Part shown: piece after piece, positions 13,589 to 23,359 of the stretch
How positions within the stretch are numbered: the first letter of the stretch is position 1
How the letters are laid out: every line of letters begins with the position of its first letter
Origin: a phage
DNA: 64,000 bases
Reading direction: 5' to 3' (one strand)
Assembly: GCA_011911785.1 (NCBI GenBank)
Contig: GCA_011911785.1_4084.1
Position numbers and translations under genes: made by a program
The notes under the pieces: generated by a model
The model's input: only the letters and a program-made list of their open reading frames with translations
Databases searched by the model: none
Told to the model about the DNA's origin: nothing

Positions 13589-14013
13589 TGAGAACATACT
13601 ATAAACTATTACTCGCTCCCTTTTCATTTGGTATTTTATGTCTAATCGACGTATTATGCACAAAGTATTCGATTAGTACAGTACTTAATCCAGCGTGGTT
13701 TACTATTGCTATTGTTGGATACTGTCTGTGTGCGGGTATGGCTGCTCTTATTACGTTACTAACAATTGCAATGGATAATGACGAGAAAGATAAAAACAGC
13801 TTTGCGAATGACTTTGGGTGGAAAACGATCAGTTCAGTAACTATTGTACCATTTGCATTACTGACAGTTTATTTCATTCAAATGGGTGAGATCATTCCTG
13901 GTGTTGCATCATCAATACTTTTGTTAATGACAATAGTTGTTCGTTCACGACAAAATTCAATAATCCAAGAGTTTCTTGAACGAGAGGCAAGGGAAGGAAC
14001 AAAAACATCTTGA
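13588..14013 (+). CDS. multi-pass membrane protein
   Basis: Hydrophobic helices; TAATG overlap. Confidence 0.55.
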   Translation: MRTYYKLLLAPFSFGILCLIDVLCTKYSISTVLNPAWFTIAIVGYCLCAGMAALITLLTIAMDNDEKDKNSFANDFGWKTISSVTIVPFALLTVYFIQMGEIIPGVASSILLLMTIVVRSRQNSIIQEFLEREAREGTKTS

Positions 14014-14038
14014 CATAAAATGTGTTAAGGGATATAAT
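14010..14038 (+). promoter_or_regulatory. sigma70-type promoter (TTGACA-17-TATAAT)
   Basis: Consensus hexamers. Confidence 0.55.
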
Positions 14039-14067
14039 TATTTTATCAAAACAAAGGAGGGACACAT

Positions 14068-14319
14068 ATGAATCTCGATGTGGTGAAATCATTAACTGAA
14101 GCTTTACAGAAAAATGAAGTCCAATGTCAAGAACTACGTGACACTATTAAGGTTGAATACGCTCGACTTCAAGGTATGTTACAAGAATCAGAATGGGTAG
14201 TTACTAAAAGCATCGAAGGTATCTACAAAGATATCGAATCAATGTTCAATAAGAAAAGTAAGATTGAATCAGATTCTTTTAATAAACGTAAAGAACTAAA
14301 TGCAGTTTTAGGTATCTAA
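14068..14319 (+). CDS. hypothetical protein
   Basis: ATG after AAGGAGGG. Confidence 0.5.
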   Translation: MNLDVVKSLTEALQKNEVQCQELRDTIKVEYARLQGMLQESEWVVTKSIEGIYKDIESMFNKKSKIESDSFNKRKELNAVLGI

Positions 14320-14323
14320 GTAC

Positions 14324-14353
14324 TTGACAGTACTGAAAATATAGGAGTACAAT
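14324..14353 (+). promoter_or_regulatory. sigma70-type promoter (TTGACA, TACAAT)
   Basis: Hexamers; -10 embedded in a short palindrome. Confidence 0.45.
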
Positions 14354-14393
14354 GTACTCCTACTTTAATTGAAAACCAAAAAGGAAAAACACA

Positions 14394-14669
14394 ATGAACT
14401 CTATTCTAGTAGCAGTAAACCTGGTTGCTTCTCCGTCTTTTGATTTTAAAAAAGTTATTTCTAATAATCTTAAAAACATTTGCCCTGATACTGAACTTAC
14501 TTTTTGTGTATTCGATTCTGAAAAAGTTACTAAAGTAGATCTTAATTATCTCATGAACGATGTTAAGAGTGTTCAAGGTAAAACTAATTTAGATGTAGTA
14601 CGTTCTGTTGCTGACGACTACGATGATGCTCTGATCATTTCTGAATCTTTTGAAGAGGGTGTACTGTGA
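14394..14669 (+). CDS. hypothetical protein
   Basis: ATG after AAAGGAAA. Confidence 0.5.
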   Translation: MNSILVAVNLVASPSFDFKKVISNNLKNICPDTELTFCVFDSEKVTKVDLNYLMNDVKSVQGKTNLDVVRSVADDYDDALIISESFEEGVL

Positions 14670-15133
14670 ATAAATTAGTTCAATGGGTAGAAAAAACTAA
14701 GGTCTATCCACCGTCTGAATTGTTTTTCCAAGCTGACTCTAAGCAAGCAAAGGCAGAAAAACGCGTTGTAGCCATTTGTGAAGACCTTTATAAACTTGAA
14801 GTACATACTCTTAGTGATATGCATACTGCGTTCACAGTGCTTGCAAACGCTGCTAAACGCGATATTCATAACATGAAGATGAAGTACATTGAAGAACTAT
14901 GCGGTGTGCTTGCATTCCATGTTGAATATTCGGTTAATGCATTAGATGCTATGCATAAGAAAGATCCCATCCTCCAAGCTTATTACAAAGGATGGTCAGT
15001 AAAAGCTAAAGAGCTAAAGGATGAAATCAAAGCATTACTTATTGAATCATTCCCTGATATTGATAAGGCAATGTTACTTTCGGAGATGCAGTACTATTAT
15101 GATTCTGAAAAAGATAAGGTACTTTCTAAGTAA
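14666..15133 (+). CDS. hypothetical protein
   Basis: GTGA overlap. Confidence 0.55.
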   Translation: MNKLVQWVEKTKVYPPSELFFQADSKQAKAEKRVVAICEDLYKLEVHTLSDMHTAFTVLANAAKRDIHNMKMKYIEELCGVLAFHVEYSVNALDAMHKKDPILQAYYKGWSVKAKELKDEIKALLIESFPDIDKAMLLSEMQYYYDSEKDKVLSK

Positions 15134-15530
15134 ACTAATTCTAAGTAAGCCCAAAGTACAAATACAAGCTCAAGAGGCTTTTGATATATACGAGGCATTG
15201 AATAATTGTAATTATGATTTACTCAATAAGCATTGTAGATCCAAAGTAGCTCTTGATTTGATTTGTGAACAAATGACAGTTAGTAACTTTTCAAAAAATT
15301 ACAACATTCACTATTTTGGATTTGATGGTTCACCTACAAAATTTGATTATAATTCTGCTTATGCAGAATTGGTTAATAGTAAGAAAAACATCAAAATAAC
15401 TGAATTCATTGCCTTGTATTTTTTCACAAAACTTGGTATAGTAACTGGATGTAAAGATCCCTTCCCATTTGATAAGGTATTGAAAGGAAGAGAACTTGAT
15501 ATATATTCCGCATTCTTAGATAAGGTGTAG
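15099..15530 (+). CDS. hypothetical protein (start uncertain)
   Basis: Frame overlaps end of previous gene; first ATG chosen. Confidence 0.35.
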   Translation: MILKKIRYFLSKLILSKPKVQIQAQEAFDIYEALNNCNYDLLNKHCRSKVALDLICEQMTVSNFSKNYNIHYFGFDGSPTKFDYNSAYAELVNSKKNIKITEFIALYFFTKLGIVTGCKDPFPFDKVLKGRELDIYSAFLDKV

Positions 15531-15531
15531 A

Positions 15532-16029
15532 ATGACTACAGTATATGTTGACAAGCGTGTTGGATTATTGCTCACTGATTCACGAGTAACAACCACTACT
15601 GAGAGGTACTTTCTCGGATTATTCCCGTTAAAACCAAAAAAACAATATGGTGTAGTTACTCAAAAATCATTATACATTCATGATCGTCTGTTTAGTGCCG
15701 CAGGTTCAGTGAATGAAATCAATAAAGTATTGATGTATCTGATATATGGTGATATAGTACTACCCAGTAGAAAAGAGAACTGCCATTGTGTCTTGTTGTC
15801 CAAAGATTATTGTATTCACTTAGGAACAAAGAACGGGAAGTTTTTTAAGTACCTTGAGTTCATGCATGAGGAATATGTGTTCTTCATGGGAAGTGGTGGA
15901 GAGTACATGGTTGATGCTGCTGTGCATGAGAACCAAGACACACTACTTCAAAAAATATTCAGTACTTTCAAAGAGGTAAAAAACCACGATGAATATACTG
16001 ACGACAATATTAATGTATACCAATTTTGA
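15532..16029 (+). CDS. hypothetical protein
   Basis: Starts 2 nt after previous stop. Confidence 0.55.
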   Translation: MTTVYVDKRVGLLLTDSRVTTTTERYFLGLFPLKPKKQYGVVTQKSLYIHDRLFSAAGSVNEINKVLMYLIYGDIVLPSRKENCHCVLLSKDYCIHLGTKNGKFFKYLEFMHEEYVFFMGSGGEYMVDAAVHENQDTLLQKIFSTFKEVKNHDEYTDDNINVYQF

Positions 16030-16050
16030 TTTTTTCATTAGGAGAAGTAA

Positions 16051-17013
16051 GTGAAGAAACTAGACTTAAACGCAATTTCCGAAGAAGTACTGGATGAATG
16101 TTTTGCGAATGAAGAAGTCAATCCATTGGAAGCAATTGAACCATCAGAAGTTATTGAAGATGATATTCCACATAAAGTTCGTAGTAAAAGTAACATTAGT
16201 CTCAAGCGTCCAGTAGGTGTGACTAATGAATCCATCATCGAAGAGATTCGTGCTGGAATTAATGTAAAAAAGAACACTGACCTATTACTTCGTTATAACT
16301 ATGGTATGATCGTTGATGTTGCTTCAAAGTGTACATGTTATATTCCGTTTGAAGATAAAATTGCATATGGTGTAGAAGGTTTTATGCGAGCACTTAAAAC
16401 CTTTGATCTTAGTAAGAATGTCAAATTCATTACATATGCAACAACGTCCGTTTATATGACTATGTATAATGAAAGTTCAGATGCAAATTACATGGTGTAC
16501 TTACCACGTTATATGAGCGTTCATAACATCCAAGTACGTCGATTTAATGAATCATATCAACGTGAACACGGTAAGCGACCTACACCAGAATTAATCTCTG
16601 AGAGTACTGGTATCGAGCTTCAGCACGTTAAGAACTGTTTGTTATACCAGAATGCATATACGACTCTTGATGCACAACTGGGTTCAGATTCAGACGGAAC
16701 CCTTGGGGATATTCTGAGTTCATCTGCTCGTGATTATAACCTTAATGTTGATAGCATTTGTAATCCATTACGTTATGCAATCACAGAAATCATTGACGAA
16801 TTGAGTACTAAAGAACGAGAAATTATCATGCGTGTTCATGGTCTGGGGGATTACAAAGCAGAAACCCTTCGTGAAATTTCTGATAATGGATATGTTGATG
16901 ATAAAGGAAACATTGTTAAGTCCCGTTCATCTGTGCACCGAAAATATAGTGAAGCTATTCAAAAGCTTAAAAAAATAGTACTTGAAAAAGGGTACGAATA
17001 CGAAGATTTCTAA
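16051..17013 (+). CDS. sigma-70 family RNA polymerase sigma factor-like protein (divergent)
   Basis: GTG start after GGAG; region-2-like ...KFITYATTSVYM... and region-4-like C-terminal segment. Confidence 0.6.
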   Translation: MKKLDLNAISEEVLDECFANEEVNPLEAIEPSEVIEDDIPHKVRSKSNISLKRPVGVTNESIIEEIRAGINVKKNTDLLLRYNYGMIVDVASKCTCYIPFEDKIAYGVEGFMRALKTFDLSKNVKFITYATTSVYMTMYNESSDANYMVYLPRYMSVHNIQVRRFNESYQREHGKRPTPELISESTGIELQHVKNCLLYQNAYTTLDAQLGSDSDGTLGDILSSSARDYNLNVDSICNPLRYAITEIIDELSTKEREIIMRVHGLGDYKAETLREISDNGYVDDKGNIVKSRSSVHRKYSEAIQKLKKIVLEKGYEYEDF

Positions 17014-17020
17014 AGAAAAA

Positions 17021-17048
17021 GGGTTGACTTAGGTCAGCCCTTTTTTTA
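17021..17048 (+). terminator. intrinsic terminator (GGGTTGAC-TTAG-GTCAGCCC plus T7)
   Basis: Hairpin plus T-run directly after sigma-like gene. Confidence 0.7.
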
Positions 17049-17560
17049 TGGGACAAAATGGATGTTCATGATACAATGATATTGTACAATTCTGTTGGCA
17101 TGGATGACATGAACCTGATCCACTCGAAAATGTAGAGGGCAGTTGAGCAGTCCAGCAGTGCGAAGTGCAGAAGAAACCCGTCAGATGTGGGCATATTATG
17201 AACCCCTCACGGCAATGCGGCACTATAAAGAACCACGTTAGGATGGCTGGTGGTTCCTCGATAGACATATAAGGATAACACCTTACGAATTATCTAAGGG
17301 AGAGTTATCAAATTTTGTACAGGAAAGTTGCGTCCAAAATTTGAGTACTCACATTAAGTATTTGATTGCATAGATACTTAATGAAGATACACTATGTTTA
17401 AAAGTGTAGACCGTCATATGAAACTGAAGTAGAGAGAAACAGGATGACCCGCTTTCGTACTCATTAAGAGTAATCTTCAATGCAATAGCTCTGATACCAT
17501 CAGCGTCAAATTCCCCTCCCAGCGGGGGGAAGAAAAATCCCTTCCTCAAATCCCGTCAAT
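17049..17560 (+). ncRNA. candidate structured non-coding region (function unknown)
   Basis: ~500 bp with no plausible ORF, locally higher GC, several G/C-rich inverted repeats. Confidence 0.2.
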
Positions 17561-17571
17561 ATTAAAAGTCC

Positions 17572-17600
17572 TTGACAGTTATTAATCATTCGCGTAGAAT
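17572..17600 (+). promoter_or_regulatory. sigma70-type promoter (TTGACA-17-TAGAAT)
   Basis: Hexamers read directly. Confidence 0.55.
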
Positions 17601-17664
17601 ACGTAGTATTAGAAGCGAACAGACATCTCGAAGAGATGGATGACTAACTATTAAGGAACATTCA

Positions 17665-17874
17665 ATGAATACTACAATCTTTTTAATTGTTGCTCTTTCA
17701 ATGCAATCCGGTGTACAAATTACCCCTATGAATTCATTAAACCAATGTTTTTCTGTACGTGATAGTACATACGAACAAGTAAACAAAAATTCTTGGATGA
17801 CAGTTAGTGAAGAACAAATGTGGTGTTACAAAAGTGATATTAAAGCGAAATTTATTGTAGGACAAACTCAATGA
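17665..17874 (+). CDS. small secreted protein
   Basis: Signal-peptide-like N-terminus. Confidence 0.5.
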   Translation: MNTTIFLIVALSMQSGVQITPMNSLNQCFSVRDSTYEQVNKNSWMTVSEEQMWCYKSDIKAKFIVGQTQ

Positions 17875-18065
17875 TTTATCGAGTGAGGTTTGAAGTTTGT
17901 AAAATTGTTTTCAATAGCAAAGGTGAAGCCTCACTCGATGAAACTCTGCACATATATAATCTCCAATTTAGGGCAAAAACAGAAGCTGATGCATTAGTAA
18001 ACATGTTTAATTTCAACCATAGGTGCGGGTATCATTTAGTAAGAGTTATAGAGGTTAAAAAGTAA
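17871..18065 (+). CDS. hypothetical protein
   Basis: ATGA overlap. Confidence 0.5.
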   Translation: MIYRVRFEVCKIVFNSKGEASLDETLHIYNLQFRAKTEADALVNMFNFNHRCGYHLVRVIEVKK

Positions 18066-18095
18066 TTACCGAATGCAGTGAAGAGGAAATCTAAA

Positions 18096-18890
18096 ATGAG
18101 TACTATCGATGAATTGATTCGACGGAATTCAAAATATTACCAACCATCAGAAATTGTGGATAATATTACTAAATCTGAGTTTGGACCTAATACTCGCAAA
18201 CTCATTCATGTAATGTCTCGTGACGGCTTTAAATGTGATTGTTGTGGTGAATCCAATGTAGTATTCACTTTACATAAGCACAGTACTAAAGAACGTTATA
18301 AATTCAGACCTTATGTACTTAAAGGGAAACGTCTTGTACGCATGACGTTAGACCATAATGTACTGGACTGTCTCCAGGGTGGTAATGATAAAGAAAACAT
18401 GACTGCACTGTGTGAGGATTGTAATGCCTTACGCCAGCATAAGTTCGCAGAGTACAGCGAGTTTAAGTACTGGTATCATAATGCAGACCGTTCAATTGAG
18501 CCTAATGTAAACTACTGCTTCATTGAGTACATCAAGAATGCAAAAGATACATACATTCTTAAATCCATGTCTCCGATTACAGTGTTTCCTGAGAATCTAT
18601 TCAGTACTATGGAGCGTGATTTTAAGCGTGGTATCATCAATGCATTCAAGCACTTAGACAAAGGTATCAAACACTTTGATGTTGAATGTTTAAATTCAGG
18701 TATGAATCGTTTAGTACAAATTTACATGAAATCGTTTATAGGTATTGACAGTGCACGACTACCAGTATATAATTACTTTATTGAAAGCGTAGAAGGTGAA
18801 TCACTTCGTGATTATGGTGAAAGATTTAATAAGAAAGTCTTCACTGCAATAGCAAATGAGATTCATTACTATAAACCATATGTAATTTAA
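18096..18890 (+). CDS. HNH-type endonuclease-like protein (possible homing endonuclease)
   Basis: CDCCG...TLDHN...GGNDKENMTALCEDCN motif arrangement typical of HNH nucleases. Confidence 0.55.
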   Translation: MSTIDELIRRNSKYYQPSEIVDNITKSEFGPNTRKLIHVMSRDGFKCDCCGESNVVFTLHKHSTKERYKFRPYVLKGKRLVRMTLDHNVLDCLQGGNDKENMTALCEDCNALRQHKFAEYSEFKYWYHNADRSIEPNVNYCFIEYIKNAKDTYILKSMSPITVFPENLFSTMERDFKRGIINAFKHLDKGIKHFDVECLNSGMNRLVQIYMKSFIGIDSARLPVYNYFIESVEGESLRDYGERFNKKVFTAIANEIHYYKPYVI

Positions 18891-18904
18891 TTAGAGGAAC
18901 TATC

Positions 18905-19072
18905 ATGCAAATCATTATCTTAATCGTTGGTATCGGTTTGGGCATCTATGGACATTCATGGGTAACTGAGAAGTTTCCTGACACCCGTCCAGATTACTGT
19001 ACAACTAAAACTGAAAGTACTGAAAGTATTGGAACTAAGATCGATAAAGTAATCGAGGTGATTAAACAATGA
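18905..19072 (+). CDS. small membrane peptide (55 aa)
   Basis: ATG after AGAGGAA; not in ORF track (<60 aa). Confidence 0.35.
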   Translation: MQIIILIVGIGLGIYGHSWVTEKFPDTRPDYCTTKTESTESIGTKIDKVIEVIKQ

Positions 19073-19160
19073 TGAAACTTAATATATTTCTGGTTGTATT
19101 CACTGTCGTTGTTATCGGTATTGGTGCACTGGCATATATCCAACCTTAAAGGAAAAATAA

Positions 19161-19361
19161 ATGTTTAAATCGAATACAAATGTTGGTAAGCAGGTTCAAT
19201 TACTTGAAGACGTATCCACTATGAGTGGAACCTTCACTAAAGGTCACATCATGACTATTATTGCCGAAACATCCCGTGGCTGGGACTTGGAAGATGCTGA
19301 TGGTAATCGCATCCTTGAGGCTGGCTTCTATGGTCATCGTGAATATAAAATCATTGATTAA
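19161..19361 (+). CDS. hypothetical protein
   Basis: ATG after AAGGAAAAA. Confidence 0.5.
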   Translation: MFKSNTNVGKQVQLLEDVSTMSGTFTKGHIMTIIAETSRGWDLEDADGNRILEAGFYGHREYKIID

Positions 19362-19459
19362 GGATGCAAACGTGACTTTAGAGATTATCGTTGGTATTGT
19401 TAGTTTTATTCATCTGTGTTGGTTGGTTTGGGTATATGATGATTTTTAGTGATTAACAC

Positions 19460-19487
19460 TTGACAGAAGATATCAGTACTGTATAAT
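19460..19487 (+). promoter_or_regulatory. sigma70-type promoter (TTGACA-16-TATAATgtttatatc)
   Basis: Consensus hexamers with cagtactgTATAAT context. Confidence 0.6.
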
Positions 19488-19532
19488 GTTTATATCAAAC
19501 GAAATCCACTTTAACAAATGATAGGAAATATT

Positions 19533-19811
19533 ATGTCTTTTACCAAAGAAGAACGTGACCTTATTAAAAAAGCAATCTGGTTTTATGCTAATGAAGGGGA
19601 GTGCGATGAAGAAAAAGCACGTGAACTGTGTAATATCCTTGAGCAGAAACAAGAACTGAAAGTGTATCGTATCCGTGTTTTGGATGATGGGGATCGTATT
19701 GTCCTAGCTGAAACAAAAGAAGAAGCAGAACAAATCTTCACTGATAAAAACGAAAATCCACATTGGATGGAAGAAGTCTGTGAAGTAAAAAAAGGTACTT
19801 ATATCGATTGA
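19533..19811 (+). CDS. hypothetical acidic protein
   Basis: Internal ATG with AGGAAA upstream. Confidence 0.5.
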   Translation: MSFTKEERDLIKKAIWFYANEGECDEEKARELCNILEQKQELKVYRIRVLDDGDRIVLAETKEEAEQIFTDKNENPHWMEEVCEVKKGTYID

Positions 19812-19836
19812 CTGTACTGAATAATAGCAGTATAAT
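19808..19836 (+). promoter_or_regulatory. sigma70-type promoter (TTGACT-17-TATAAT)
   Basis: Hexamers; followed by a long imperfect hairpin in the leader. Confidence 0.55.
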
Positions 19837-19929
19837 GTTTATATCAAAGGGAATGCAGTGAAAGGAAAGACAGCATAATCGTACTCGTCACTGCGTTCCC
19901 GCCCTTTTAAATTAAATGAGGAATTAACT

Positions 19930-20238
19930 ATGTTTCAAACTAACACTCAAGGTTTTGTAATCATCGATTTGAATCAAAACAGCGGTTATTGGATGAAACC
20001 TACTGACGCATGTATGCAGTTTGATTTTTTAGGTTACAGGATTAGTGTAAGTACTGGTGCTTCTGTACTGCGTGGTGGTTGTATCGTTGAACATCTGGTA
20101 ACTGATCCAGAAGGTCGTGAGTATGAAATCGCAGGTTCAGTACAAGATGCCATTATGTTTGTATGTCAGCGTGAAATGAATGGTTCGAATTCAAATGCAC
20201 TGACTCATGCTCTTTCTCAAGAAGTGGAGGTTCGTTAA
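19930..20238 (+). CDS. hypothetical protein
   Basis: ATG after GAGGAA. Confidence 0.55.
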   Translation: MFQTNTQGFVIIDLNQNSGYWMKPTDACMQFDFLGYRISVSTGASVLRGGCIVEHLVTDPEGREYEIAGSVQDAIMFVCQREMNGSNSNALTHALSQEVEVR

Positions 20239-20483
20239 TGAAATATATTGTAGCAGTACTCGTCGCATTTTTACTCACTGCATGTGATGCTTCAACCAAA
20301 GAACGAACTAGTGAGTTTGTTTTACCAACTGAACTCAAAGAAGCAGGGTGTAAGATTTATCGTATGCAACAAGACGGTGCTGGTGCATCTTTGTACACTG
20401 TGTACTGTCGTAATGCAAACACTACTACGTCTTATATGAGTGGTAAAGTTCGCGTGGATACATCTGTGGTTCATGGAGAATAA
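20238..20483 (+). CDS. small lipoprotein (lipobox LTAC)
   Basis: Signal peptide plus LTAC lipobox; TAATG overlap. Confidence 0.55.
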   Translation: MKYIVAVLVAFLLTACDASTKERTSEFVLPTELKEAGCKIYRMQQDGAGASLYTVYCRNANTTTSYMSGKVRVDTSVVHGE

Positions 20484-20485
20484 CA

Positions 20486-20854
20486 ATGAGTCTTGATACT
20501 ACTCGTTCGGCAAATATCTTAAAACGTTTGAATGACGAAGAATATCTAGCTAATACACGATATCAGCTTGAAAAACTCAGTCGAAATGTAAAATATATTG
20601 ATATCACTACACAGCTTCCACTGGATGAATATCACAAGTTAAACGAAGATATTGTATATCACCCAAATGAAATTTGGATTGAGTGGGAATCATGGACCCA
20701 CTCGGTTCTCCGTATCGAGGGCTATTGTGTGAAATATGAAAGTTCACTAGGTGATTTTACAAAAAAACTGTCGATATTGTGCACTGACACACATGAAATA
20801 GTTGAGGTGAATTTGAATCATATGAAGGGTTGCCGTTGGGGAGATCTTAAATGA
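20486..20854 (+). CDS. hypothetical protein
   Basis: ORF in tight array. Confidence 0.55.
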   Translation: MSLDTTRSANILKRLNDEEYLANTRYQLEKLSRNVKYIDITTQLPLDEYHKLNEDIVYHPNEIWIEWESWTHSVLRIEGYCVKYESSLGDFTKKLSILCTDTHEIVEVNLNHMKGCRWGDLK

Positions 20855-21126
20855 TTAAAAAACTATTGACTGTGTTTGTTGTATTCTGTACAATGTTTCT
20901 TACAGCATGTAATGATGACGGCAGGTTAAGTGCAAAAGACTTAGCTCGATATGATTGTACATTCACAGGTAAGTCTTTTATTAACGAGTATGAGGTATGC
21001 ACACAATCAGGTCGTATCTGTGGTGGTTGGGAGAAACGTCAGGAGCGATTGTATGTATATGAATGTCCTGGGCAACTCAACAAAGTAATAAGTACTCACA
21101 AACTTGTTTATGATAAGGTTGAATAA
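20851..21126 (+). CDS. small lipoprotein (lipobox LTAC)
   Basis: Signal peptide plus lipobox; ATGA overlap. Confidence 0.55.
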   Translation: MIKKLLTVFVVFCTMFLTACNDDGRLSAKDLARYDCTFTGKSFINEYEVCTQSGRICGGWEKRQERLYVYECPGQLNKVISTHKLVYDKVE

Positions 21127-21335
21127 TGACTACCAATGAAATGATGCAGGTTATCTGGAATAAAGGTTGTGATCTTAAAATCACTAGTACTGATGTTCGT
21201 GTATTCAAAACTGAATACATGGAATACTTGGACCTTGATACTTATAATAATATTGTATCAATTGAACACAAAGGTGCAGTACTGGAAACAATTGACGTTG
21301 TTCTCAAGAAAGCAACGGATTTATTGGGAGCATAA
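21126..21335 (+). CDS. hypothetical protein
   Basis: TAATG overlap. Confidence 0.5.
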   Translation: MTTNEMMQVIWNKGCDLKITSTDVRVFKTEYMEYLDLDTYNNIVSIEHKGAVLETIDVVLKKATDLLGA

Positions 21336-21336
21336 G

Positions 21337-21483
21337 GTGAACAATAAAGAATGGGAAGAGTACCGCAAGAAGTGCCGAGAGTTTGATAAAGAACTCACTG
21401 GTACTGTGAACGCAGTAATGTGGGTATCTGCAATAATTGCAGTACTGGGACTGTTTGCAGTTATCATTAATAAGTTTTTTTGA
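21337..21483 (+). CDS. small C-terminally membrane-anchored protein (GTG start)
   Basis: GTG with GGGAG upstream; track ORF 21169 overlaps previous gene. Confidence 0.35.
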   Translation: MNNKEWEEYRKKCREFDKELTGTVNAVMWVSAIIAVLGLFAVIINKFF

Positions 21484-21492
21484 GGAATACAC

Positions 21493-21693
21493 ATGTTTAC
21501 TTTATATCTAGCCGTAGTACTAACAAATGGTGAAATCACACGTACATTAGGTGACGGTGTATATAAAACACCTGAGCAGTGTTATTCTGCGACACACTGG
21601 CCTCGTGATGCTGGTGAAGAAACTCGTACCGAATACAAATGTATGAAGGTCAAAGGTGACTTTGTTAACCTTAAGGTCATTGAGGTGAAGTAG
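21493..21693 (+). CDS. hypothetical protein
   Basis: ATG after GAGGAA. Confidence 0.5.
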   Translation: MFTLYLAVVLTNGEITRTLGDGVYKTPEQCYSATHWPRDAGEETRTEYKCMKVKGDFVNLKVIEVK

Positions 21694-22199
21694 TGAATCT
21701 TAGTACTGATAAGTTTGTAAAGTTCATAGAGTTTATCAACTTCAATGAGAGCTACAATGGTACGTACAATACTATGAATATTGTATCTGATAAAGTATTT
21801 GATAGTACAATGTTCTATTTGTATGATACAAACGGTGATAAGCTGTGTGATGTTACATTCGGTATTGGTGATCTTTTTGAATCTGCGGTTTATCTATCTA
21901 AACCAACGGTGCGTGATACATATGAAATTCACTTTCATAATAGACCGAATCACAAAAACATTGTAGAATATGATATACCATCATCACACGAACTGTTCAT
22001 TGTAGATTACAGTACTGAAGAGGGTGTATTTCAAAGTTCATTGCTATACAACTTTGAACTACACGATCCTGATATTCCTAAAGTACTGGCAATTTCCAAT
22101 AAGGTATGTGAATTGCCATATAACATATACATGTCAGTTCCTGGTAAAAGAGTAGGTAATTTCTGTAAAGCCTTTGACATACAAGCGGATGATAAATGA
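21693..22199 (+). CDS. hypothetical protein (weak EE-YFQ-S-like motif STEEGVFQSS)
   Basis: Overlapping start; degenerate family motif. Confidence 0.55.
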   Translation: MNLSTDKFVKFIEFINFNESYNGTYNTMNIVSDKVFDSTMFYLYDTNGDKLCDVTFGIGDLFESAVYLSKPTVRDTYEIHFHNRPNHKNIVEYDIPSSHELFIVDYSTEEGVFQSSLLYNFELHDPDIPKVLAISNKVCELPYNIYMSVPGKRVGNFCKAFDIQADDK

Positions 22200-22420
22200 A
22201 CAGATACGTGATTGAATACGTGGGTATATCTGAATTTGATAACATTCGTGGCTATGAAAAGGTCATGAGTGAACGCACGATATATGTTAGGGGTCGCGAT
22301 GAAGCCCATGTTCTCTCTTTACTGTTAAATGACCTGACAAAGTTCAATACAACAAAGACACAACGTTATATTGAAACAATTAAATCTATTAAACTTTTAG
22401 ACGAGGATGATGAAGAATGA
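22196..22420 (+). CDS. hypothetical protein
   Basis: ATGA overlap. Confidence 0.5.
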   Translation: MNRYVIEYVGISEFDNIRGYEKVMSERTIYVRGRDEAHVLSLLLNDLTKFNTTKTQRYIETIKSIKLLDEDDEE

Positions 22421-22629
22421 ATTTATATCTAGTAGAAGGTACAGTGCAGGTTTTCCGTTTTGATGGTGATCGTGGTATGCGTTTCTCACATGTTGAAGAA
22501 TTTAAATTTGTCGTACATGCAGAAGGTGAGTACGAAGCAGAGATTAAAGTATCTGAATCCTTTGATAAGAAAGAAACAGTAGATGTACAGTATCAGCAAC
22601 TACAATTTAAAGTGTGGCCTACGCTTTAA
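22417..22629 (+). CDS. hypothetical protein
   Basis: ATGA overlap. Confidence 0.5.
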   Translation: MNLYLVEGTVQVFRFDGDRGMRFSHVEEFKFVVHAEGEYEAEIKVSESFDKKETVDVQYQQLQFKVWPTL

Positions 22630-22633
22630 AAAC

Positions 22634-22662
22634 TTGACACGCATGTAAAAAGCGAGTATTAT
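22634..22662 (+). promoter_or_regulatory. sigma70-type promoter (TTGACA-17-TATTAT)
   Basis: Hexamers read directly. Confidence 0.5.
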
Positions 22663-22693
22663 ATCTGTATTATGAATTAACTGAGGAATACGT

Positions 22694-23359
22694 ATGCTCG
22701 CCAATTTAAGTTACATTATTAGTGATGATATGGTACAAAGTCGTGGTATGTATCTTGAGAAAGTTCCATACGATAGCGATGGTATCAAAGGAACTTTATA
22801 CGAAAGTCGTTTTGACAGAAAGCATCCATTCTGGGAAAAGGCTAATCTAACGGAAGAAGATAGTAATCGTTTATTTTGTGCTGTGCAGACGCCTACACCT
22901 GGTATATTAGCGGGTTATGGTATAGATAAAGTCATTAACTTTATGACAGACTATGAAGTTATTAAAAGTCTGCAATATATTAATACGAACAATGGTGAGT
23001 TCTATAATTCTGATGATTTTCTTGCTATGTGTAGTGCTTCATATGAGAGTGAATTATTGCCAAGTGGTAGACCATTCCCATTGTCAACACATTGTAATTC
23101 CCCTTACGGTGTAGCTGACAACTTACAGCAGATCCTTAAGAAACATAAGAATGTTCTTACATCTGAAATGGAAGTTGTTATTGGATTTCATCCAGTGTAC
23201 AAGGAAGATCAACCTGAACATGGTGGGTGGCGTTGGCATAAGCACGGCACATACATTGGTACTCATAAGAAAAAGCATGAGTACTTGTATGATGAAGAAG
23301 GTATTGATGTTGTTTATTGTTACGAACTAATCCCAGTAAAGAAAAAGGAAACACTATAA
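22694..23359 (+). CDS. hypothetical protein
   Basis: ATG after GAGGAA. Confidence 0.55.
   Translation: MLANLSYIISDDMVQSRGMYLEKVPYDSDGIKGTLYESRFDRKHPFWEKANLTEEDSNRLFCAVQTPTPGILAGYGIDKVINFMTDYEVIKSLQYINTNNGEFYNSDDFLAMCSASYESELLPSGRPFPLSTHCNSPYGVADNLQQILKKHKNVLTSEMEVVIGFHPVYKEDQPEHGGWRWHKHGTYIGTHKKKHEYLYDEEGIDVVYCYELIPVKKKETL

Noticed and set aside
17029-17268. Minus-strand 79-aa ORF in the non-coding region after the sigma-like gene
   Set aside because: No SD, Cys/His/Pro-rich odd composition, and lies in a G/C-rich structured segment; treated as non-coding.
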